From Promethearchaeota archaeon (GTDB lineage Archaea; Asgardarchaeota; Lokiarchaeia; Sigyniarchaeales; SOKP01): a DNA stretch of 64,000 nt. Below are positions 20,356 through 29,555 of the stretch, one piece after another. Numbering within the stretch: the stretch's first letter is position 1; every line of letters begins with the position of its first letter. The stretch is taken from positions 10,907 through 74,906 of the forward strand of contig JBHLOC010000025.1 of the NCBI GenBank assembly GCA_048940925.1. The letters are read 5' to 3'. Under the pieces are notes generated by a model that was given only the letters and a program-made list of their open reading frames with translations, was not told the origin of the DNA and made no database searches. The translations under genes were made by a program, and so were the position numbers.

Positions 20356-21213
20356 ATGCGTTCTGAGGACTATTATCAAGTTATTCAAGAAAAAGATTAT
20401 TTAGTTATAATTAGGGAGCAACTTGACAAGATTGATTCTCGCTATCTCACTAAGTATACTAATCTCTTCTTGGTTATAGGAAATAAGGAGTGTTTATTAA
20501 TAGATACCGGGTGTGGATTCTTTCCTCTCAAACCTATTATAAACAAATTTCTGAACGGTAAAAAATTATATGTGGTTAATACTCATTCCCATTTTGATCA
20601 TGTGGGAGGAAATGGTGAATTTGATACGATTTATATCCACGAAAATGAGGAAGCCTTCGTAAAAAATGAACTTGATTTAACTTTTCTTAAAGAAGCTCCA
20701 AATACTATAGTGAATCGCTTCAATAATACAAATTTGATTTTACCACCATCAAAAAAGATTATTCCTTTGAAAGGAGGTGAGATCTTCGAACTAGGAGGGA
20801 TCGATGTTAGATGGATTCATAACGCAGGACATTCTACAGGTTCTATTTCTTTATACACAGATAAAGGAGAACTTTTTCCTGGTGATCTAGTGCATTATGG
20901 TGCTATCCCACTTCCACCTAAGGATGATCTATCCTTTATAACAGAAAGTGTTGAAAAACTAATTAAATTATACGATGAAAAAAACATTAATGAAATATAT
21001 CCTTCCCATGAAGATTATGGTGTCTCTAAAGACATATTAACAGAATTATTGAGTCTTCTTAAAAACATCGATGATTTCTGGGAAAATCGGATACCGAATA
21101 AATTTAATAATGCTTGGGAAATCGATATGGGCGGATTTCATCTAATGTTAAAGGTTGGAATAAAAGAACGTAAAGATTTCCGAACTAAAGTGAGACTCTT
21201 AAAAGAGGAATAA
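20356..21213 (+). CDS. MBL-fold metallo-hydrolase
   Basis: LIDTG, THSHFDHVGG, GHSTGS, GD and PSH metal-binding motifs. Confidence 0.88.
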   Translation: MRSEDYYQVIQEKDYLVIIREQLDKIDSRYLTKYTNLFLVIGNKECLLIDTGCGFFPLKPIINKFLNGKKLYVVNTHSHFDHVGGNGEFDTIYIHENEEAFVKNELDLTFLKEAPNTIVNRFNNTNLILPPSKKIIPLKGGEIFELGGIDVRWIHNAGHSTGSISLYTDKGELFPGDLVHYGAIPLPPKDDLSFITESVEKLIKLYDEKNINEIYPSHEDYGVSKDILTELLSLLKNIDDFWENRIPNKFNNAWEIDMGGFHLMLKVGIKERKDFRTKVRLLKEE

Positions 21214-21250
21214 AGTTTATAAAAAATTGAAGTTTTTCCAATAAGTATTT

Positions 21251-21754
21251 TTATGTATTATTTACTACTTTTTCTTTTTTTTTTAAAGCGGTAAAAGAAC
21301 TAACTTCTTTAATGGTATTTAATACGAAATGAGTGTTGGTGTGCTCAACATATGGAGATTTATGAATATCCTTAATCATTTTACTTAATTCTTCTCGGGT
21401 TTTAAATCTCGCTAAAATAAGGGCATCATAAGTTCCTGTAATATCATACACACCAAAAACATTAGGGTTATCAGCAATCTTTTCTTCAACCTCAAACATT
21501 TTCCCCTTTGATATTGTTACCTCTATAATACCCATAATTTCATATCCTAACTTCTCAAAATTAATTTTAGCACCGTAATTTATGATAATACCTTTCTTTT
21601 CTAAATTCTCAACATGATTTTTAATTGTAACTGGTGATCCTACATCTAACTCTTTAGCAAGTTGGCGAAATGAAATTCTACTGTCTTCACTTAGTTTTTT
21701 TAGGATGTCAATATCTAAATCAGAAAAATCTTCATGGGTAGATTGCTGAGTCAT
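21251..21754 (-). CDS. Lrp/AsnC family transcriptional regulator
   Basis: LDIDILKKLSEDSRISFRQLAKEL HTH, plus the RAM domain VYDITGTYD. Confidence 0.92.
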   Translation of the reverse strand: MTQQSTHEDFSDLDIDILKKLSEDSRISFRQLAKELDVGSPVTIKNHVENLEKKGIIINYGAKINFEKLGYEIMGIIEVTISKGKMFEVEEKIADNPNVFGVYDITGTYDALILARFKTREELSKMIKDIHKSPYVEHTNTHFVLNTIKEVSSFTALKKKEKVVNNT

Positions 21755-21823
21755 AATAATAAAGAGTTATATATACATTATAAAAGTATGCAATTGTCCA
21801 TAGAAAAACTTAAGAATCGACCG

Positions 21824-21969
21824 AATGATCATTTTTTTCGACGACAAAAATTATCAAATTGTACGATCGATCACTTTATTTAAGTAATAATGATCATTTA
21901 TAACTGTTATTCTCCATTAATGTAAACATTTGAGCTAGAAAAAATTAAAATTTATATATGTACGATCAT
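21824..21969. promoter_or_regulatory. Cluster of (A/T)ACGATCAT / AATGATCATT motifs in the Lrp / Zn-ribbon-glnA divergent promoter
   Basis: AATGATCATT at 21824 and 21889, TGTACGATCGATCAC at 21860, TGTACGATCAT at 21959. Related motifs at 27000 and 36179. Confidence 0.5.
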
Positions 21970-22033
21970 ATCATTAATTATATAATTAAAAATTAGTGAA
22001 AATTCCTCTAAGTATAAAAAAGAAGATTTAGAT

Positions 22034-22435
22034 ATGAAAAAAATGCCATTAAAATGCCCTATATGTGGAAAAAAATATTATTATGATAGTAAAATTTGCC
22101 ATGAATGCGAAGATTATTCAAAATATAGTGGTTTGACAAATCAAGATGAGTATTATGTTCAAAAATGGAATTCTGGTGTTTTTTTAGGATTTGATTCCAT
22201 AACATTTGGAAGACAAAAAGCAGATAATTTATATATTAAAATTGCTTCTGAACCAAAATTCACGAAATTCAAATCCAGGAAAGACTATAAATGGAACTGT
22301 GAGTCAAATGTTAGATTTAGGAATTATATTACTCAAAAAGATCATCTTTATCAATTAAATGCGCTTAAGCATTTAACTACTGAAAATTCAAGGTTTTTTG
22401 GAAGAGATACTAATAATTCATTGATTTATGAATAA
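22034..22435 (+). CDS. Uncharacterised Zn-ribbon protein ending in LIYE (paralog of 17504..18013)
   Basis: LKCPICGKKYYYDSKICHECE..SGL..DEYY..KW..FL..FG aligns with the 17504 protein. Confidence 0.75.
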   Translation: MKKMPLKCPICGKKYYYDSKICHECEDYSKYSGLTNQDEYYVQKWNSGVFLGFDSITFGRQKADNLYIKIASEPKFTKFKSRKDYKWNCESNVRFRNYITQKDHLYQLNALKHLTTENSRFFGRDTNNSLIYE

Positions 22436-22535
22436 ATTAATAAATAACATGATAAAAATGAATTATATTTTAATATTCAAATCTTCAAAATTAAGTGTAA
22501 TAATATAATTTTAAAAAAAATAAAAAAGAATTATT

Positions 22536-24038
22536 ATGACAAGTACTAAAGAAAGTTTTGTAAAAGGGATTATAGAACCAAGTGTAAACGCTGTAGAAGC
22601 AGCTAAAAAGATCCTCGAAGCGGAACAAGTAAAGTTCGTGTTATGTGCTTTTACAGATGTTCGAGGTATTTTTCAGAGTTTTAGCTCTCCTGTTCATCAT
22701 TTTTTAAAAGGAGATCAATATTTTGAAACGGGAATTGGTTTTGATGGGTCGAGTATACGAGGATTTAGAGAACTTCACACTAGTGATATGATTTTCTATC
22801 CTGATCCTCAAGCTTTATATATCCTTCCTTGGACGACCGGTTTTCAAAAAACTGCAGTTTTAATAGGAAATATACGTGAACCGTTCGGAAGTATAGAAGC
22901 TGCTGACTGTGATCCTAGAGGATATGTAGCGCAGCGTGCCATAGATAAAGCTTCAGAATTGGGCTATACATCTTACTTTGGACCTGAAATTGAATTTTTT
23001 GTTTTTAAGTCTATAGATCCAAGTAAGTTAGATTATGATATTTTTACCAGCCCAAAGGGAGGTGCAGGAGATAGTTGGGGCCCACCAAGAGTGAATCCCG
23101 TATCTCCCGAAACCGAGATTGGGGGGTATATATTAAGACCTAAAGAAGCATACTTTAGGAATCCTCCTGAGGATACTACTAATGGTTATCGTAACGATCT
23201 TACAAATACACTCGAAACAATGGGATATACCGTTGAGATGCATCACCATGAGGTCTCTACTAAAGGACAAGTTGAAATAAACTATCGTTATAGTGACCTA
23301 TTGGACACTGCGGATAAAGTTCAGATTTACAAGCTTGCTGCACGAAATATTGCTGCTAAATATGGATGGATTGCAACATTTATGCCAAAACCAATTTATT
23401 TAGATAATGCTAGTGGTATGCATGTTCATAATTCAATGTTCAAGGATGGTGAAAATGCTTTCTGGGATCCAGATGATGATTATGCTGAGATTAGTCAGGA
23501 ATGTAGGTATTATATTGGTGGCCTTCTCGAACATGCTGAAGCATTAACGGCGATATGTTGCCCAACAGTCAATTCATATAAACGATTAGTTCCTGGATTC
23601 GAGGCTCCTATTAATATTATGTATAGTCGAAGAAATAGATCAGCATTAATCCGAATTCCAGTGTATTTAAAAGGTGAAAAATACAAAAATAGAAGACGTA
23701 TAGAATATAGGGGAGTTGATCCCTCAACAAACTCTTACTTTGCTTTTGCGGCAATATTAACGGCAGGATTAGATGGAATTAAAAAGAAGATTGATCCTGG
23801 TGACCCTGTAGATAAGGATGTTTATGAAATGTCTGAATCAGAGAAAAAGTCTGCTGGTGTGAAACAATTACCAACAACTCTAAAAGATGCATTGGACATT
23901 ATGGAAACTGATTCAATATCAAAAGAAATTCTTGGATCTCATCTCTATGATGCCTTCGTAGAATACAAAACAAATGAATGGAATCAGTTTTGTCTTTATG
24001 TAACACCTTGGGAAATTATGAAATATTTAGACTACTAA
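22536..24038 (+). CDS. glnA: Glutamine synthetase type I
   Basis: FDGSSIRGF, GPEIEFF, HHHEV, TFMPKP, ASGMHVH, NSYKRLVPGFEAP, NRSALIRIP and RIEYR. Confidence 0.96.
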   Translation: MTSTKESFVKGIIEPSVNAVEAAKKILEAEQVKFVLCAFTDVRGIFQSFSSPVHHFLKGDQYFETGIGFDGSSIRGFRELHTSDMIFYPDPQALYILPWTTGFQKTAVLIGNIREPFGSIEAADCDPRGYVAQRAIDKASELGYTSYFGPEIEFFVFKSIDPSKLDYDIFTSPKGGAGDSWGPPRVNPVSPETEIGGYILRPKEAYFRNPPEDTTNGYRNDLTNTLETMGYTVEMHHHEVSTKGQVEINYRYSDLLDTADKVQIYKLAARNIAAKYGWIATFMPKPIYLDNASGMHVHNSMFKDGENAFWDPDDDYAEISQECRYYIGGLLEHAEALTAICCPTVNSYKRLVPGFEAPINIMYSRRNRSALIRIPVYLKGEKYKNRRRIEYRGVDPSTNSYFAFAAILTAGLDGIKKKIDPGDPVDKDVYEMSESEKKSAGVKQLPTTLKDALDIMETDSISKEILGSHLYDAFVEYKTNEWNQFCLYVTPWEIMKYLDY

Positions 24039-24276
24039 TTAAATTTTACTTATTTTTTGATAATTCAAATCTCCAAACCATAAAAATGAAAAAGAGATAT
24101 AATATTAGTTGCGAAAGGCATTTAGACGAGAAAAATTTTTTAATTGAATACTATTGTTGTGAATACTCTTGAGGCGAGATATTAATAAATAGGTGATTAA
24201 TTTATTTTTCAGATCAGAAACACAATTTAGAGTTAATTAGTCTGAAATAATCTAAACTTCAGGAAGGTTGAAAAGT

Positions 24277-24426
24277 GTGGCAGATAGTAAGAATTGTGAA
24301 AGAAATGTAATTAAACTCGAGAATTCGATGGCAATTACATTCACCCAAGAATGGTTTAATAAAACTCACTTGAAAGATATTTATATCAAGAATATTAGAA
24401 GCAAAATTGCGATAGAAAATGAATGA
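24277..24426 (+). CDS. Short AbrB/SpoVT-like ORF (49 aa), possibly a remnant
   Basis: MADSKNCERNVIKLENSMAITFTQEWFNKTHLKDIYIKNIRSKIAIENE resembles R-x-IKLGNS-x-AITLP-x-EW. GGAAGG SD-like motif; overlaps the start of the next gene. Confidence 0.4.
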   Translation: MADSKNCERNVIKLENSMAITFTQEWFNKTHLKDIYIKNIRSKIAIENE

Positions 24427-25006
24427 ATTAGAAAATAATCACACGATAAATGACAGGATAACTATTGCAATAGATGAGCAAACAAAACAAATATTAAATC
24501 AGTTAAATAATCACTCGGAGAGTTCTCGATCTGAAACAATAAGAAAAGCAATTAAATTTTATCATAAATTTAAGAAAGTTTTTGATCAAAAAGAAAAGGG
24601 GGTATCTGCTCAGGTAAACACTTACTTAGAATTACTTTCTAATGGAGAACATATTATTTTAGATGTAGATCATTATCTAACATTTTTAAAATTTATTGAA
24701 AATTCCCCGAATAAAGATCAGTTTGATGATTTCAATAAATCAATTGGTAGGGCTCATGCAGAAGAATTTTCTCATGATCTTAATATAACTACAGTCCAAA
24801 AAGTAGTAGAACGCCTTGAAGCATGCAATTTTTTCAAAATAATTAAAGATTCATCTAACAAATGTACCCTACTTTTAGGATCTGACATTCAAAAGAACTT
24901 TATTAAGACTTTTTTAGAAGAAGTCTTAAAAGGTATGGGTTTTAAAGTAAGTATTAACGAAGGATTTTCTAAATTAAAGATAATTATAGAGGATTTTTCA
25001 ATTTAG
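24419..25006 (+). CDS. CopG/ribbon-helix-helix family regulator with C-terminal ligand-binding-like domain
   Basis: RITIAIDEQT..SRSETIRKAIKFY RHH, followed by GEHIILDVDH, HAEEF and RLEACNFF. Confidence 0.78.
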   Translation: MNELENNHTINDRITIAIDEQTKQILNQLNNHSESSRSETIRKAIKFYHKFKKVFDQKEKGVSAQVNTYLELLSNGEHIILDVDHYLTFLKFIENSPNKDQFDDFNKSIGRAHAEEFSHDLNITTVQKVVERLEACNFFKIIKDSSNKCTLLLGSDIQKNFIKTFLEEVLKGMGFKVSINEGFSKLKIIIEDFSI

Positions 25007-25284
25007 AATTCTTCATTCTTTTAAATACAATCTTCAGGATTTTCAAATTGATATATATAATTTTCTCTGCTGCTGTTCTTCGATAAATAACGCTATATTT
25101 TAACTTTGGTTCGAATGTAATCTCAAGTTGATTATTCTCTTCATTATCTTTCATCCCCGAATTCGATCTATTGTCCAATCTAAGCTGTTATTATAAATTA
25201 CGTCATTTTGATTTTTTCGCTCACTGATTTGAAAACATCCAAAGTATTGTAAGTACCTAAATAAAGAAAAAAATTACTTTTGAA

Positions 25285-25626
25285 CTATAAAATATCGTCT
25301 CCCTTTTCTCTCGTTCTTATTCTTATTGCGGTTTCGATAGGCATAATAAAGATTTTTCCATCCCCAGGTTTTCCTGTTTGGGCTTTTTCAATAATAGTAT
25401 CTACAATTTCATCAATATTTATTTTCTCACTCACTACAATCTCAAGTTTTAATTTATCAATCCATTCTATGCAATATTTACCAGACCTATCTACCAGTTT
25501 TATTCCACGCTGGTGTCCATGACCTTTTACTTTATGGATACTCATACCTTTTATGTCTTTTTCAAATAATCCAGATTTAATTGCTTCTAATTTCTCCGGT
25601 CGTATAAAACACTCTATTTTTTTCAT
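25285..25626 (-). CDS. glnK: P-II nitrogen regulatory protein
   Basis: MKKIECFIRPEKL, KGHGHQRG, QTGKPGDGKIF and IRIRT. Directly downstream of amt. Confidence 0.93.
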   Translation of the reverse strand: MKKIECFIRPEKLEAIKSGLFEKDIKGMSIHKVKGHGHQRGIKLVDRSGKYCIEWIDKLKLEIVVSEKINIDEIVDTIIEKAQTGKPGDGKIFIMPIETAIRIRTREKGDDIL

Positions 25627-25644
25627 CTTATTTTTATACCTCCA

Positions 25645-26844
25645 TTATGCTTTTTCTCCGTGGATTGAAATATCTATACCTACGTATTCTTCTTCTTCAG
25701 ATGCTCTCAAACCAATTAGTTTATCGATCACTTTCGCAATTACCCAAGTTATTACAAAAGTATATCCAATTGTCGCTATAATTCCTACAGTTTGAATCCA
25801 TACTTGTCCAGGGTTGCCTGATATTAATCCTGTAGCCCCCACACTTGCAAAAATTCCGGTAGCAATCGCGCCCCAAATACCTCCCCATCCATGAATAGCC
25901 CACGCATCTAAAGATTCATCAATTTTCGATTTTGAACGCCAAGAAAGTATACCATAACAAATTATTGCAACCACAGCCCCGATTATCAATGCGACCCACG
26001 GTTGAACAAAACCAGCAGCAGGAGTAATTGCGACCAGCCCCGCTAAACCACCCGTTGCTAATCCAAGAGTACTAAATTTTCCCGTTTTATAATATTCTAT
26101 AATCATCCAAACTAAGGCTGCTACACTCGCCGCTAATTGTGTATTAAACATAGCTAATACAGCGGTACTGTCTGCAGCTAAAGCACTCCCCCCATTAAAC
26201 CCAAACCATCCTAACCAAAGTAGTCCCATTCCTAGTAATACATTAGGAATATTTGAAGGTTCTATCGATTCTTCTTGATATCCTTTCCTTGGCCCAATTA
26301 CCAGGGCAACTGCTAAGGAGGCAAATCCTACATTTACATGCACAACGGTACCTCCAGCGAAATCCAGAGCTCCTAGAAAACCTAACCACCCACCATCTCC
26401 CCAAACCCAATGGGCTATAGGAGAATATACTATTATCAGCCAGATTGAGATAAATATCATGAATGCTTTAAAATTAACTCTCTCTGCGAAAGGACTTGCT
26501 ATAATCGCTACAGTAATTATTGCAAACATCAATTGAAACGCCATATATAAAAGATGTGGTATTGTATCAGAATATACTGGATAGGCTTCTGTTCCTACTC
26601 CGAAAAGTGCAAGGAAATTAAAGCCTCCAATAAATCCACCACCCATATCGGGAGCAAAAGCCAAACTATAGCCAATTATGAACCAACCAACTGTTACTAT
26701 TAATATTGAGACAAAACACATTGCCATCATATTTATAATATTCTTCTTACGTAGCAAACCCCCATAAAAGAATGCTAACCCCGGAGTCATAATAAAAACT
26801 AACCCAGTACATATCAAGATAAAAGATATATCTCCACTTGACAA
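25645..26844 (-). CDS. amtB: Ammonium transporter
   Basis: PGLAFFYGG, AHWVWG, DFAGGTVVH, GWFGFNGGS and DAWAIHG. Confidence 0.96.
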   Translation of the reverse strand: MSSGDISFILICTGLVFIMTPGLAFFYGGLLRKKNIINMMAMCFVSILIVTVGWFIIGYSLAFAPDMGGGFIGGFNFLALFGVGTEAYPVYSDTIPHLLYMAFQLMFAIITVAIIASPFAERVNFKAFMIFISIWLIIVYSPIAHWVWGDGGWLGFLGALDFAGGTVVHVNVGFASLAVALVIGPRKGYQEESIEPSNIPNVLLGMGLLWLGWFGFNGGSALAADSTAVLAMFNTQLAASVAALVWMIIEYYKTGKFSTLGLATGGLAGLVAITPAAGFVQPWVALIIGAVVAIICYGILSWRSKSKIDESLDAWAIHGWGGIWGAIATGIFASVGATGLISGNPGQVWIQTVGIIATIGYTFVITWVIAKVIDKLIGLRASEEEEYVGIDISIHGEKA

Positions 26845-27236
26845 ATTTATCCACTTTAATAATATTTTAATTTTATTAATTATGGTTTCATTTGATTTAG
26901 ATTTTGTATTCTAAAACTCAAATATAATGAAAAACATCGAATATAAAAGGTTAATTGAGAAAAAAAATTATAGATTAAGATCTTTTAGCTAATTTTATTA
27001 ACGATCATGTATTGAATAACAATAAGTTCTTTCATTTTATGAAAAAATATGAAATACTCATAAAAGATTGAATAAATAAATAATAATAAAGAAAAAATAT
27101 CTAAGTTTTTACAATATCATGAGAAAATTAAATATATGTACCAGGTAAATTTCACTATTAGTTCATAATATAGTTTATATGAAAAAATATAATTGAGTAT
27201 AATAGAATATATTGAAAAAAAATAAAATGAAGAGAA

Positions 27237-28589
27237 ATGATTGAAAAAGACGATCCAAAAAGGAAAGAGATTTGTGATAAAGTAATAGAGAAGATTAAAG
27301 AAGAGGATATAAAATTTATTTATCTTCAATTTACTGATATCCATGGAATTATTAAATCTTTTGAAATAAACTCCAAGAGGATTGAGGATATTTTTGAAGT
27401 AGGTGAGAATTTCGACGGGAGTTCTATAACGGGTTACGGAGCGATTGAAGAGAGTGATAAAGTTGCACTTCCTGATCCTAGCACATTTTATCTTTTGCCT
27501 TGGAGAAAAGAAAATAAGGTTGCAAGGGTAATTTGTGATATCTATAAACCTGATGGAAAACGGTATGAAGGAGACCCTCGCAGAATATTACAAAGAGCTG
27601 TCAATAAAGCAAAAGAACTAGGTTATGATTACTATTGTGCTCCAGAAATGGAGTTCTTCATATTAACCCCAGATACCGAAAAAGCATTTAAGCCCTCAGA
27701 TATGAGAGGATATTTCGATTATGATCCATATGATGTTAACGAAATAATAAGGTATAGAATTGCAGAATATTGCGATGCAATGGGTATTTCTGCAGAGTGT
27801 GTACATCATGAAGTTGCATTTGGACAGCATGAGGTAGATTTCAGATATGATGAAGCAGTAAATACAGCAGATAACACAGTTACAATAAAAACGATAGTTA
27901 AAACTGTCTCGGCGCAACATAATTTATTAGGAACATTTATGCCTAAACCTTTTGATGGGATTAATGGATCAGGCATGCATGTACATCAATCTTTATGGAA
28001 TAATGGGAATAATATCTTTTATGATGAAAATGATAAAGATCATATTTCGATTATCATGAAAAGATGGATTGCAGGTCAATTAAAACACGCTATCTCGATG
28101 TGTGCTGTTTTAAGTAGTTGGCCTAATTCTTATAAGAGATTAGTTCCTGGATTTGAGGCTCCAGTTTATCTTGCTTGGGGTTTTAGGAATAGATCTCCTT
28201 TAATCAGGGTACCAGATTTTCATAATAAATCCACCGCAGCTAGATGTGAAATTCGTTGTCCAGATCCTGCTGGTAATCCTTATCTTCAATTTGCTGTTCT
28301 TCTCGCTTCAGGATTAGATGGGATTTTATCAGAGGAAATTGACATTCCTGAACCAACCGATAGAAATGTATATCATTTATCTTCAAAAGAAATGGAAAAA
28401 GAAGGTATTATTTCATTACCAGGGAGTCTTAGTGAAGCTTTAAAGTATTTTAGAGATTCAGAATTTATGAAGGAAGTTTTCGGAGAATTAGCATTTAAAA
28501 ACTACTATTATGCCAAATTGGAGGAATTTGATAAATACAGAGTCGTAGTGAGCGAATGGGAGAGAAATAGATATATAACTCATTTGTAG
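27237..28589 (+). CDS. glnA: Second glutamine synthetase (GSI-alpha-like)
   Basis: FDGSSITGY, APEMEFF, HHEVAFGQHE, TFMPKP, NGSGMHVHQS, NSYKRLVPGFEAP, NRSPLIRVP and CEIRCPDP. Confidence 0.93.
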   Translation: MIEKDDPKRKEICDKVIEKIKEEDIKFIYLQFTDIHGIIKSFEINSKRIEDIFEVGENFDGSSITGYGAIEESDKVALPDPSTFYLLPWRKENKVARVICDIYKPDGKRYEGDPRRILQRAVNKAKELGYDYYCAPEMEFFILTPDTEKAFKPSDMRGYFDYDPYDVNEIIRYRIAEYCDAMGISAECVHHEVAFGQHEVDFRYDEAVNTADNTVTIKTIVKTVSAQHNLLGTFMPKPFDGINGSGMHVHQSLWNNGNNIFYDENDKDHISIIMKRWIAGQLKHAISMCAVLSSWPNSYKRLVPGFEAPVYLAWGFRNRSPLIRVPDFHNKSTAARCEIRCPDPAGNPYLQFAVLLASGLDGILSEEIDIPEPTDRNVYHLSSKEMEKEGIISLPGSLSEALKYFRDSEFMKEVFGELAFKNYYYAKLEEFDKYRVVVSEWERNRYITHL

Positions 28590-28815
28590 GTTTCTTTTTT
28601 TCATTGAAATAGTAATTCAGTCAATTTAAAACATAGAAATATTTTATATTTAATTTAAAATCTATTTTTCTTTTAATTATATTATGTTTTGCTGAATGCA
28701 GAACAAAAATATTAGAATTAAGGGTTGTAGTTAACATAAAGCATTTCAATTTATATAAAATAAAGATTTATCAAATTATGTTCATCCAAAATTTTTCAAA
28801 ATTAAGGTTTTTTAA

Positions 28816-28974
28816 ATGAAAGAGGTTACTAAAATATTAAAAGGAAATATCAATAAATTGGTTGATCTAATCAATGAATTTTTAAGAAAGAATGCAGATA
28901 AGAATGCCGAATTGGTTTCTGTTGCTAATTTTGGAGATCGCAAATATTTAGCATTCCTTCAATATGATGTATGA
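28816..28974 (+). CDS. Small hypothetical protein (52 aa)
   Basis: MKEVTKILKGNINKLVDLINEFLRKNADKNAELVSVANFGDRKYLAFLQYDV, with an AAGGT SD-like motif upstream. Below the ORF-track size cut-off. Confidence 0.55.
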   Translation: MKEVTKILKGNINKLVDLINEFLRKNADKNAELVSVANFGDRKYLAFLQYDV

Positions 28975-29073
28975 TAAATCCAAGATAAACAATAAAATTC
29001 AGATTATATAATTATCAATCCTCTTTTTTTGATTAAATTTTCTAAAGAAATTTCTGATCAGCAATTTCAGATC

Positions 29074-29295
29074 TTTAATGGGATCTCTTCTAAATGCGTA
29101 CGATTAGAAAAAGAAAACCTTATAAAACAGGCTAAAAAAATTAACTAAGAGAAAGAAAAGTTAGAACTGGAGAAAAGAAAAACAAAATTGAAAGACAGAA
29201 GGTTTTTGATAATTTTGGGAATTGCATTGCTTGGGATCACTGGTGTTGGCACCACTATCGTCATGAGTATCCACCATTGTAGTAGATATGGATGA
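29074..29295 (+). pseudogene. Fragment of a coiled-coil + single-TM protein
   Basis: Reads ..RLEKENLIKQAKKIN*EKEKLELEKRKTKLKDRRFLIILGIALLGITGVGTTIVMS..*. Confidence 0.35.
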
Positions 29296-29555
29296 ACAAG
29301 CAATAGTAACCACAAGAGAATAAAAATATTTATAAAATGGATTACAAAGGAGATAGAATTACATGGATTTTTCACACAAATTAGTGGTAGTAAGTGAATG
29401 GGAAAAAAACAGATATATAACTCATTTGTAATCCTTTTTCTTGACTTTTTTTATATAGCTTTTAAGATTAATTTAAAGTCTTTATACAACTTATTTTTAT
29501 ATATATAAAATTTATACAAAAAACAAGATAATAATATATTTTGAGTGTTTAAAAA

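Larger units (their letters stand above)
28542..29431 (+). repeat. Diverged direct repeat of the last 48 bp of glnA2 (28542-28589 and 29384-29431), att-like scar
   Basis: 41/48 identical, reading VVVSEWERNRYITHL* versus VVVSEWEKNRYITHL*. Confidence 0.85.

Noticed and set aside
24984-25260. 64-aa minus-strand ORF downstream of glnK
   Set aside because: TTG start without SD, stops just upstream and no recognisable family. It may be a remnant but I cannot support that.
27117-27344. 75-aa hydrophobic minus-strand ORF
   Set aside because: Low-complexity translation of AT-rich promoter DNA that overlaps the glnA2 start.
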